Source: Parageobacillus caldoxylosilyticus NBRC 107762 (GTDB lineage: Bacteria; Bacillota; Bacilli; Bacillales; Anoxybacillaceae). From it: DNA of 24,000 bases. A program made the position numbers and the translations under genes. The stretch spans positions 6,835 through 30,834 of the forward strand of contig NZ_BAWO01000048.1 in NCBI RefSeq assembly GCF_000632715.1. Direction: 5' to 3'. The notes beneath the pieces were generated by a model. That model searched no databases, was not told the DNA's origin, and worked only from the letters and a program-made list of their open reading frames with translations. Below are positions 1-7,385 of the stretch, piece by piece; position 1 is the stretch's first letter; every line of letters begins with the position of its first letter.

Positions 1-1535
1 ACGATAAACACAAAATGCGGGGAAAACCGTTTTTTCTCTTTTTCCTCATCGAGATCGCGTTCCCGCAATATCTCGTAAATGGACGACAACAATTGGTCAC
101 GTGTCTGTTCGTTATAAATAAATCCTTTCGCGAAAGAATTGGGCAGTTGAAAATGCGGGAGCCATTTCATCCATTCCCAATCCTTATAATCCTTTTCAGC
201 AAAGATGGCAACAAACCGTACATCGTGGTAACTGTGGAAAAAGGCGATTTGCCCTACAAGCTGCTGAATTTCATGATTGACGATCGAAGCTTTCCCGATC
301 ATTCCCATTGCCCCGCTTGACAAATCAATCGTAAGCGGCACATTTTTTACGGTTTGATAAACTTGCGCCATCTGTTGAGCTTGCTCCAATAAATCATCGA
401 TTTCCCGATTGGCTAAATCACTCATACTCACCGACACTTCATAGGTAGACGGAACATCCGCTTTTCCGATCCGAAGATGGAGGAAATCGTCGCTTTCCAT
501 CGTTCGTTCCCAAATACGGTCGCTAATTTGCAATGCGAACGATTTCATCTTTTCAAATGACGGAAAGTGGTAATATAGCACGTTTCTTTGTTTCTCGTAT
601 AGTGCGTGAAGCTCTTCCCGTTTTTGTTCCAAGTAATTCGTATAAATGCGCCGTCGTTTCTCTTTCCGTGCTTTGCGATTCTTTCTTTCCCGAAAATATT
701 GCACGGTCGATGTCACTAACGTGGTCGCAAACATCACGATCGAAATGAGGATAAAGATGCCCCGTGGTTGAATTAAAGCAATAACCCCCATAACAAGAAG
801 CATCATCAACGGCGGTAAAATCATTAGCCATAAACCGCGCTGATCCCCATCTCCTTCTTGGCTTGGAAATGAAACCGTGACCTTTTCTCTTGGCGGTTCA
901 TAAATCATGCGCGGTGTCCGGTGATAAACAGGATATTTTTTTTTCATTTCTGAAACCGGCGGCAATGTTTCCGTCAGCAAAGATGTTATCTCTTGGCTGC
1001 TCGTGACCGCTAATAAATCATCCTCTAAAAAAACAAATTGTACATACGGACATAGGATCACGTCCCCGTTTTGTAAAGGTGCCATGTTAGATATTTTCGC
1101 TCCATTGAGAAACAGAGGTGATTCATGGTTTGGAGCAACCAACCATTCTCCTTGCTGCTTGACAAACGATACCCTCGCTGTTTTGGTTTGAATGTCTGCT
1201 TGTAGATCAGGCGCCACCATCAGTTCGGTTTTATTGCCGACGTAATAAATGTGCGTTTTTATTTCCTTGTCCATCCACACGACCGTAATCGTTTGTCCAT
1301 CGTCATCCACCGTAAAGGGAGTATACGGCTTCAATTCCCCAATTGGTTTATCTCCTTGCAGCACCGTCATGGCGGAAGCATCTGTTTGTTTGATTTCTAT
1401 ATATCCGTTACGAAATAAAAAGGATGGGATGGTGATATGATGCTCCAGTTTATTTCCGATAGAAATGCAACCCTCTTGTCCTGTCAGTGGGAATAGCTGG
1501 CAAGTATCCTTATAAAAAATCCATAATTGACTCAT
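1..1535 (-). CDS. essC: Type VIIb secretion FtsK/SpoIIIE-family ATPase EssC/YukB, N-terminal ~511 codons (the rest lies beyond the left edge)
   Basis: Manual minus-strand translation from ATG 1535..1533 (RBS AGGAGAGG 5 nt upstream) gives MSQLWIFYKDTCQLFPLTGQEGCISIGNKLEHHITIPSFLFRNGYIEIKQ... The same frame later reads ...RGLWLMILPPLMMLLVMGVIALIQPRGIFILISIVMFATTLVTSTVQYFRERKNRK... (two TM helices) and ...FFHSYHDVRFVAIFAEKDYKDWEWMKWLPHFQLP... This is colinear with remembered B. subtilis YukB (MSLLWVFY..., WEWMKWLPQF). The frame stays open to position 1, which explains its absence from the ORF track. Confidence 0.9.
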   Translation of the reverse strand, partial: MSQLWIFYKDTCQLFPLTGQEGCISIGNKLEHHITIPSFLFRNGYIEIKQTDASAMTVLQGDKPIGELKPYTPFTVDDDGQTITVVWMDKEIKTHIYYVGNKTELMVAPDLQADIQTKTARVSFVKQQGEWLVAPNHESPLFLNGAKISNMAPLQNGDVILCPYVQFVFLEDDLLAVTSSQEITSLLTETLPPVSEMKKKYPVYHRTPRMIYEPPREKVTVSFPSQEGDGDQRGLWLMILPPLMMLLVMGVIALIQPRGIFILISIVMFATTLVTSTVQYFRERKNRKARKEKRRRIYTNYLEQKREELHALYEKQRNVLYYHFPSFEKMKSFALQISDRIWERTMESDDFLHLRIGKADVPSTYEVSVSMSDLANREIDDLLEQAQQMAQVYQTVKNVPLTIDLSSGAMGMIGKASIVNHEIQQLVGQIAFFHSYHDVRFVAIFAEKDYKDWEWMKWLPHFQLPNSFAKGFIYNEQTRDQLLSSIYEILRERDLDEEKEKKRFSPHFVFI

Positions 1536-1577
1536 ATAATCCTCTCCTATGATGCTCGTTGCTGCGCTTTCTTCCAT

Positions 1578-2912
1578 TTATTTTTTCGTTTCCGCATTGT
1601 TTGGCTTCGCGCTATTAGATGCAGGCGGCTTATGATTAGGCGCCGGTGTGTTGGACTGTTGTTTTGGCGCCGTCGAAGCCGGAGGGCTGGTTGCCGGCTG
1701 CTGTACCGGGGGTTGCTGCTGGCTTGTCTCCTCTTGCTGCTTTTCTTTCAATTGCTTTTCCTGCTCCTCTCTTTCTTTCTCATATTCTTCTATCTCTCTA
1801 TCAATCTCTTCTAATTTTTGCTGCTTTTCCTCTCCGGACAACTCTTCGTCCGCCTTTATTTCTTCACGGTATTTTAACAAACCGTACATAATCAGCTCCC
1901 TATCTTCCATCGCTCTCGCCAATTCAAGCGCGTCCTCGCTTCTTCCCCGGCCGATATAAATCCAATACAGCAAATACTGCGGGTCTGTTTTCAACGTAAT
2001 ATTATTTAATACCACTTTCTGCTGCTCTTCCGTAAGCGACTCTGTCATGACATAGGAAGAAGCAAGTTCATATTGCACTACATACGGCATTTTTTCTGGA
2101 GGATAATTTTCTAATGTCGTAATCACGTCGCTATATTTATTTTGTAAAAACAGCTCGGTACTTTGGATATATGCTTCTTGTTTTGGCTGCAAAAAAAAGA
2201 AGGAATAAAACGTATAAATCATAGCAGGAATTAACAAACCAACTGTCGAAAAGAATATATATCGTTGCATAGTCCATTTTCGTTTTGGAATATGTACAGA
2301 CGCTCGTTCTTTTGCTTCTTCCTCATCCATCCATCGTTCTAAAATGGACAAAAGCGCTTCTAGGTTTTCTGCTTGCAACATTTCCTTAGCGATATCGGAA
2401 CATTTTAATGTTTCATGAAATTTAAAGTATTCTTCAAAACGGTGTTGCCCGTCTGTCAATGCTAGCACCGTCGCTTTTACTTCTTGAAGGAGACGTGCTT
2501 CATCCGGTTCATACGGCGGCAGGCTCTCCTTTATTCCGACATGAAGGAAAAAAGGTTCCAATCCATGATCAAACACAAGGTTTTCCGGGCATATAATAAG
2601 GATAAACCGACGAAGAGAGTGATTTTTCACTTTTGTGACGAGTTGATATGCCGCTCTTAGCCGGGAAAGCAGCGATTTTTTCCGTACAGCTGGAAACGAA
2701 AAAAACGATGCGGGTGGAGTGATGGTGATCTTCACTTCATCCTCAGACACGTCAATATCCCGTAACAAATAAGGATCGATTTCCTTTATGATCTGTAATT
2801 CTAGCGGATGCTGCATTTTTAATTTCGCACGCTGGAAGACAATCGTGTAATGTTTATCTTTGGTCATTACGGCATCGATTTGCGTTTCCAAATAGGTCTT
2901 TTTCTCTTCCAT
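1578..2912 (-). CDS. essB: T7SSb membrane component EssB/YukC (pseudokinase-like N-domain, one TM, extracellular C-domain with low-complexity tail)
   Basis: ORF 1578..2972. I prefer the internal ATG at 2912 (MEEKKTYLETQIDAVMTKDKHYTIVFQRAKL...). It aligns with the B. subtilis YukC N-terminus (MSGEQKSYLENQLEAV...) and removes the overlap with yukD. Conserved blocks include LIICPENLVFDHGLEPFFLHVGIKESLPPYE, HIPKRKWTMQRYI and the TM FFSTVGLLIPAMIYTFYSFFFL. The start could alternatively be 2972. Confidence 0.88.
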   Translation of the reverse strand: MEEKKTYLETQIDAVMTKDKHYTIVFQRAKLKMQHPLELQIIKEIDPYLLRDIDVSEDEVKITITPPASFFSFPAVRKKSLLSRLRAAYQLVTKVKNHSLRRFILIICPENLVFDHGLEPFFLHVGIKESLPPYEPDEARLLQEVKATVLALTDGQHRFEEYFKFHETLKCSDIAKEMLQAENLEALLSILERWMDEEEAKERASVHIPKRKWTMQRYIFFSTVGLLIPAMIYTFYSFFFLQPKQEAYIQSTELFLQNKYSDVITTLENYPPEKMPYVVQYELASSYVMTESLTEEQQKVVLNNITLKTDPQYLLYWIYIGRGRSEDALELARAMEDRELIMYGLLKYREEIKADEELSGEEKQQKLEEIDREIEEYEKEREEQEKQLKEKQQEETSQQQPPVQQPATSPPASTAPKQQSNTPAPNHKPPASNSAKPNNAETKK

Positions 2913-2946
2913 AATAAAATAGAACTCCTTTTCTCTTTCTCGATGG

Positions 2947-3186
2947 CTACAATATAACGATGCGGTCTCCATCCGTAATTCCGCTGTCCTTTAATGTAAA
3001 ATAGCCCGGGCAGACCATTTGTTTATTGTCTACCCGCACCCAGTAGCCTTCTCTTGGCGGCGCCGATATGTTTTTTAACTGCCAAACAATATCGATGAGT
3101 TTTTTGATCGAATAAAAATTGGACAGACGAAGATCAAATACATCCTCTGTATAATGCCGGAGATCGATTGTGACTTGAATGTACAT
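2947..3186 (-). CDS. yukD: Ubiquitin-like T7SSb accessory protein YukD/EsaB (79 aa)
   Basis: ORF 2947..3255 trimmed to ATG 3186 (RBS GGGGG 8 nt upstream). MYIQVTIDLRHYTEDVFDLRLSNFYSIKKLIDIVWQLKNISAPPREGYWVRVDNKQMV...GITDGDRIVIL is colinear over its full length with the remembered 79-aa B. subtilis YukD (MYIDITIDLKHYNGSVFDLRLS...PPREGHWIRV...GITNGDRLEIL). Confidence 0.9.
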   Translation of the reverse strand: MYIQVTIDLRHYTEDVFDLRLSNFYSIKKLIDIVWQLKNISAPPREGYWVRVDNKQMVCPGYFTLKDSGITDGDRIVIL

Positions 3187-3263
3187 GAGATAAGCCCCCA
3201 ATATAGAAAAAAGCGCCATAATCTTTCTTAGATTTGTAGCGCTTTTTTCGAACATGTCACTCT

Positions 3264-3557
3264 TTATCCACGGATTTGGCTGGCGATTTGCTGATCTGTT
3301 TCTTCCAAAATCGTAGCGGAATTGTGCAATTGTTGCGCAATTTCGTTTAATAGTACAGCCATTTTTTCAAACGATGGGCGCAACTCGTGATACTGCTGGA
3401 TAAATGCTTGACTGGAAGCACCTTCCCAAATTCCTTGCAGCATATTGCTCATTTGATCCAATCGTGAAACCAATTCCGTGACATTAGAGCTTTCTGTATT
3501 ATATTGTCTTGCGACTCCACGCAATTCTTCCGGTGTTAAACGAATAACGCCTGACAT
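3264..3557 (-). CDS. esxA: WXG100 secreted substrate EsxA/YukE (97 aa)
   Basis: ORF 3264..3578 trimmed to ATG 3557 (RBS GGGGGAG 5 nt upstream). MSGVIRLTPEELRGVARQY...LQGIWEGASSQAF...ETDQQIASQIRG has a central W-E-G motif. It is colinear with B. subtilis YukE (MAGLIRVTPEELRAMAKQY...MWEGASSEAF...STDQDIANQIRG). Confidence 0.93.
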   Translation of the reverse strand: MSGVIRLTPEELRGVARQYNTESSNVTELVSRLDQMSNMLQGIWEGASSQAFIQQYHELRPSFEKMAVLLNEIAQQLHNSATILEETDQQIASQIRG

Positions 3558-3590
3558 AGTTTCTCCCCCTATAGCCATATTTTCCCTTTT

Positions 3591-3620
3591 ATTTTAATGA
3601 AGATGACAAGCAGCGGTCAA
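3591..3620 (-). promoter_or_regulatory. Putative sigmaA-type promoter of the esxA-yukD-essB-essC operon
   Basis: The minus strand reads TTGACC (3620..3615), an 18-nt spacer, then TAAAAT (3596..3591). This lies about 35 nt upstream of the esxA start codon. Confidence 0.5.
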
Positions 3621-3803
3621 CAATATATAACCATTTCTTTTAAAATAAGGAAAAAGTAGTATTTTTCCCTGATTGTCCAATGATTTTGTGCCATTTTTCT
3701 CATTACGATAGATACTTTCTTACTATTCATGGAATTAAAAGAAGACGGAGTATAGGAGGAGTGTACGGGGATAGGCGGGGCTGATGTTCATTAACCCCCT
3801 CAT

Positions 3804-4136
3804 TTATCTTTTCTTTTCCCGAATAATGACATCATAATACAAGGTGATATTTTGTCCTCTCATCTCATTAATCATGTCTGTGTATAGCGAAGCGACGTAT
3901 CTCATGTCGTCCCTGAACGTATAATTAATCGATAGGTTATTTTCTTGATACTGTTTTATCGCTTCATTGGTTTTGTCGATGATTTGCCCACTGCCATATT
4001 TCATTTCATGATGAATCAAATGAACCAATTCCTCATCCAATTCACTCATTCTATTTAATTGTTGAATAAAAGTGTTCGCTTTATACGTAAAATCCTGCTC
4101 TAGACCAAAATTATAGAGCATATTCAGTTGTCCCAT
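3804..4136 (-). CDS. 110-aa helix-turn-helix (WXG100-like, but Y-G-S-G instead of W-x-G) protein; candidate T7SS effector partner/chaperone
   Basis: ORF 3804..4376 trimmed to ATG 4136, because the upstream 240 nt overlap the lipase gene in another frame. The RBS AAGGAGGGG spans the lipase stop codon (4153-4155). In MGQLNMLYNFGLEQDFTYKANTFIQQLNRMSELDEELVHLIHHEMKYGSGQIIDKTNEAIKQYQENNLSINYTFRDDMRYVASLYTDMINEMRG..., two long amphipathic segments flank a central KYGSGQ turn at residues 46-51. Function is inferred from size, shape and context only. Confidence 0.6.
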   Translation of the reverse strand: MGQLNMLYNFGLEQDFTYKANTFIQQLNRMSELDEELVHLIHHEMKYGSGQIIDKTNEAIKQYQENNLSINYTFRDDMRYVASLYTDMINEMRGQNITLYYDVIIREKKR

Positions 4137-4152
4137 ACAAAATATCCCCTCC

Positions 4153-6075
4153 TTATCCATATCGCAAATCAAATATTTTGGACACATTTTGGTCCTGCTC
4201 AAAAAACTCCTCAAACGATTTTTTAATGGTTTCAATGAGTTCTTTTCCTCTAGAAATTTCATGTTCATAATACGAAAACATCGATTCTTCAAAGATATAC
4301 GGAATCCTCCGATCCAACGGTGGAATAGACTCATGGACATCAATGCGGCGTAACACATACACTTGTTTTGCATCATCGGTAAAATGCCCCAATAAATGCT
4401 GATAAGCCCAGGGATTTTGTTCCATGTCCTCGATTTTCTTCATCAGTTCTCGTTTTTGTGTTTCAAAATCCTCTACATATTCATGTAAATAGCTCTGCTT
4501 CATCTCATTCAATACCGCTTCTTTTTCTTCCATAATTTGCAGTCCCTTTAGATATATTCTTACGGCGGAGGAAAGATTCATCCGGATTTCACGTTCTCCC
4601 ACCTTCTTGATTAAAATCAAATTTCCATTCTCATCATACGTTCTGCCTTTGGAACGGGCGAGAGCATTGATGACTTCGTTCAAGGAATGGGCATTCACGC
4701 TTGTGGTGATAGCATTTTGAAGATTCTTCGTATTTTCTTGGATGATTTGAAGACGTTTTTCAATGTCCAATACCTTATCCCGAATTTGGAATAACGTCTC
4801 AATGCATTGAAGAATATCAACAGGATTTAAGAGAACGATCCCATTCCATAGTTCATGAAGCAGCTGTTGTATCAATGTGACATCTTTTTCAATTCCCTTG
4901 ACTTCTCTCAACACTGTGTTCTTTTCCTCTACCGTCATGTAGCCTAATTGCACGAATACACTCAACATCGGGTCCAGATTTTTATACAGTATTCCGATGT
5001 GCTTGAGCAGCACTGGAATCTTCTCACTCATTTCATCGTACATATGATCGATTTTAGAAAGAATGTCTTTTGCATGCATCACATAGTCTATGGCATCATA
5101 GCCCTGAAGCGACTCAATAAAGGCGATATCGACCCCCGTCATCGCCTGAACGACCCCATCAAATCCTTTTTCATTATAAACATCTGAATATTGCGACAAA
5201 TATACTTGAATGGCTTTTACATCTTTATCGGATATTTTCGCAATCAAATCTTTGATACTAGTAAAATCCTTGTTCGTATCAATGACCTGGCGGCTTCCGA
5301 TATCGATGAACCCCCGCACCCCGCTCACCGCATACAATAGATCCTCCTGGGCGGTCAGATGATGAATCGAACGCTCGTCGATTTGCTTTTTATAATATTC
5401 TTCCGCAAAGGCCTTGAGCTCGGAAGGGGGGAGGGAGTAAATTTCTTCATAATGATCAAAATTTAAATTGAATTTTTTTACTAATTGGCCCCAGAAGTAC
5501 TCATCAATCGTTGCTAATTGATAAAAACTGGGCGGTGCATCGTTAATAACATATACTTTTTCATATCTCTTTTCAGTGAGTTGTATTGTCTCGTTTAAGT
5601 TCCCACCCAATGAATGTCCCAGTCCGATTTTCTTTAGTTTGATTTTGTTATCACTGCGTCCAACTTTTTCATTAATTTTCTGTGTCACAATCTGGTCAAA
5701 TCGCAATGCAGCATCGTATTGACTCCTATTTTGTCCAACGAAAATCCCGAAAACATTGTAAGTCCAATCAAGGGGCTTCCAAGTGTCTTTTTCCGGCGCT
5801 TCGCTTCCCCTTGTAATGGTATATAATTGATTGATTCCCTTTTCCTCGTCATAAAAATGAATTGCTGTTCCATCAAAACCAGAATCAATATGACTGAAAT
5901 CTTTAAAATCATCAGAGCGATAAATCGTAATGTGAGCGGGCGGCTCTTTTCCTGTTTCTTCGATATAAATTCTTTTGATTTCTCTTTTGATTTCATCAAT
6001 GGTCAGATTTTGATATTCTACATTCATAATCCGCGCACGCAATATATCCGTATTTAGCACTTCTTCATTTGACAC
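4153..6075 (-). CDS. 640-aa alpha/beta-hydrolase (lipase-like, GHSLGG nucleophile elbow) with a long C-terminal helical domain; candidate T7SSb-secreted lipase toxin
   Basis: Uninterrupted 640-codon ORF with GTG start 6075..6073 and RBS GGGAGGTGA 7 nt upstream. There is no signal peptide or TM segment. The N-terminal part reads YTITRGSE..WKPLDWTYN..LKKIGLGHSLGGN, with G-H-S155-L-G-G encoded at 5602..5619. Residues ~260-640 are E/K/L/I/Q-rich with long Pro-free stretches, suggesting coiled helices. It sits in the same orientation 596 bp upstream of esxA. CDS reality is high; the toxin role is inference. Confidence 0.75.
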   Translation of the reverse strand: MSNEEVLNTDILRARIMNVEYQNLTIDEIKREIKRIYIEETGKEPPAHITIYRSDDFKDFSHIDSGFDGTAIHFYDEEKGINQLYTITRGSEAPEKDTWKPLDWTYNVFGIFVGQNRSQYDAALRFDQIVTQKINEKVGRSDNKIKLKKIGLGHSLGGNLNETIQLTEKRYEKVYVINDAPPSFYQLATIDEYFWGQLVKKFNLNFDHYEEIYSLPPSELKAFAEEYYKKQIDERSIHHLTAQEDLLYAVSGVRGFIDIGSRQVIDTNKDFTSIKDLIAKISDKDVKAIQVYLSQYSDVYNEKGFDGVVQAMTGVDIAFIESLQGYDAIDYVMHAKDILSKIDHMYDEMSEKIPVLLKHIGILYKNLDPMLSVFVQLGYMTVEEKNTVLREVKGIEKDVTLIQQLLHELWNGIVLLNPVDILQCIETLFQIRDKVLDIEKRLQIIQENTKNLQNAITTSVNAHSLNEVINALARSKGRTYDENGNLILIKKVGEREIRMNLSSAVRIYLKGLQIMEEKEAVLNEMKQSYLHEYVEDFETQKRELMKKIEDMEQNPWAYQHLLGHFTDDAKQVYVLRRIDVHESIPPLDRRIPYIFEESMFSYYEHEISRGKELIETIKKSFEEFFEQDQNVSKIFDLRYG

Positions 6076-6099
6076 AAAATCTTCACCTCCCTCTCTCCA

Positions 6100-6741
6100 T
6101 CAATACTGAAATTTTATCGATTTCATAAACATTTTTGCCCGTTCTTCTTCTTTCTGTACATCCATGTTACACTTCTGGTTTGCGTCCTTACAAGTGACTG
6201 CATATATAAATCGGACTGCTTGATAGCTGTGATTCGACTTTACATAGCTGAAAAAATAATAAATAATATCATTATTGGAAATATGTTGTTCATTCTTACC
6301 AAAGTAAATCGTGTTGTTATTAGATTCAAATTTTGTATATTTGCCATTATAGTGGACATAGGTAGATAATAAATCAAGGTTTACATCAATGTTTTCCGTT
6401 ATTTTTGCATTTTCATATGTCATTCTGATATAGTTAGATATATTTTCTTTTTCTCTTCCCCCTCCCAAATGTATAGATTCATAATATTTTTTATGCTTTT
6501 CATAAAACATGCGGTCTATTTTTGCATTTTTCGGATACAGCATCGTAAAGCCGCCGGTTTTCGACTTGAATAAGTAATATCCTTCTTTCACTTCTTTTGG
6601 CGAGACCATAAATTCCCGAGTAAACTTGTCTTGAAATGCCACCGTGTCCGGCAACTTCTCCGGTTGAGCCTTTGAATCCATCTCACACCCTCCGATCCAT
6701 ATCAACATCAATAGCAGCAAATTTCTCCATCGCTTAAGCAA
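6100..6741 (-). CDS. Lipoprotein of unknown family (213 aa); candidate extracytoplasmic immunity protein for the adjacent lipase
   Basis: ORF 6100..6789 re-started at TTG 6741..6739, with RBS GAAAGGAGA 7 nt upstream. This gives MLKRWRNLLLLMLIWIGGC-EMDSKAQPEK..., with a positively charged n-region, hydrophobic core and lipobox I-G-G-C. The ATG at 6789 has no SD. The stop at 6100 is 24 nt from the lipase GTG, with the lipase RBS in between. The gene is very AT-rich; the 60-nt line starting at 6301 has 15 G+C. Confidence 0.7.
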   Translation of the reverse strand: MLKRWRNLLLLMLIWIGGCEMDSKAQPEKLPDTVAFQDKFTREFMVSPKEVKEGYYLFKSKTGGFTMLYPKNAKIDRMFYEKHKKYYESIHLGGGREKENISNYIRMTYENAKITENIDVNLDLLSTYVHYNGKYTKFESNNNTIYFGKNEQHISNNDIIYYFFSYVKSNHSYQAVRFIYAVTCKDANQKCNMDVQKEEERAKMFMKSIKFQY

Positions 6742-6971
6742 AGGACAGTCTCCTTTCCCAATTATCTCCATTCTCTCTATACGTATCATATGATCACGGT
6801 GTGATCAATAAAAAATGTTATTATATCCAAATTCAAGAAAAAAGAACTATAGCTTTAAGAGGAAATGTAGGCGACTTATGACTTTAGACCTTATTGATGA
6901 ATCAGAGAAATGAAAAGAAAATGGGGGGCTTGTCTTGCATGTCCTTTGAGGGGATTTTTGAAAGAGGTACC

Positions 6972-7385
6972 TGACATACACTTGGTCAAATCGATGTGCA
7001 GTGAGTTGGATCATTTCGACATGGTTCCCGCCCAGCGAATGACCCACAATCCGATTTTTTTCAGTTCGATTGTTTGACCGTTCCTCTTTAATTCTTCGGT
7101 AATGATTTGTGTCACTTTCCGGTCAAATTCCAATGCATCTCTATATTGACTTCTGCTTTGCCCGACGAAAATTCCAAAAGCATTGTAAGCCCAGTCGAGC
7201 GGCTTCCAAGTATCGTTTTCCTGCATTTCACTTCCCCGTGCAATGGTATACATTTGATTGATTCCTTTTTCCTCATCGTATAGATGAATCACCGTGCCAT
7301 CAAAACCGGAATCGATGTCGTTCAAATTTTTAAAGTCGTCCGAATGGTACACGCGGATATGGGCGGGAGGCTCGCTGCCTGTCCC
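6972..7385 (-). pseudogene. Truncated, frameshifted paralogue of the lipase N-terminal domain (corresponds to about aa 41-177 of the 640-aa protein)
   Basis: Two track ORFs (7011..7352 and 6847..7047) in different frames together read TGSEPPAHIRVYHSDDFKNLNDIDSGFDGTVIHLYDEEKGINQMYTIARGSE..WKPLDWAYNAFGIFVGQSRSQY...ELKKIGL / GHSLGGNHVEMIQLTAHRFDQVYV. The intact gene has TGKEPPAHITIYRSDDFKDFSHIDSGFDGTAIHFYDEEKGINQLYTITRGSE..WKPLDWTYNVFGIFVGQNRSQY...KLKKIGLGHSLGGNLNETIQLTEKRYEKVYV. The frames are offset by a 2-nt length difference just before the GHSLGG codons: ggattgtgggtcat versus ggactgggacat. Similarity is lost upstream of ~7385 and downstream of ~6972, so there is no N-terminus and no helical domain. 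Confidence 0.85.

Noticed and set aside
3649-3668. Hairpin GGAAAAAgtagtaTTTTTCC as a terminator separating the toxin module from esxA.
   Set aside because: The stem is almost entirely A-T (two G-C pairs), so stability is doubtful. I therefore assume read-through from the toxin operon into esxA is possible, in addition to esxA's own promoter.
4180-4290. A Y-x-x-x-E motif (YYEHE) near the lipase C-terminus as a T7SS export signal, and several L-x-G tripeptides (LQG, LKG) in the helical domain as a reversed LXG motif.
   Set aside because: Such short patterns occur by chance in a 640-aa protein. Without structural context they carry no weight.
4137-4376. The 5' extension of the 190-aa ORF 3804..4376, overlapping the end of the lipase gene.
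   Set aside because: The extension is out of frame within the well-supported lipase CDS. It encodes a Cys/Met/Arg-rich implausible sequence. A strong RBS precedes the internal ATG at 4136.
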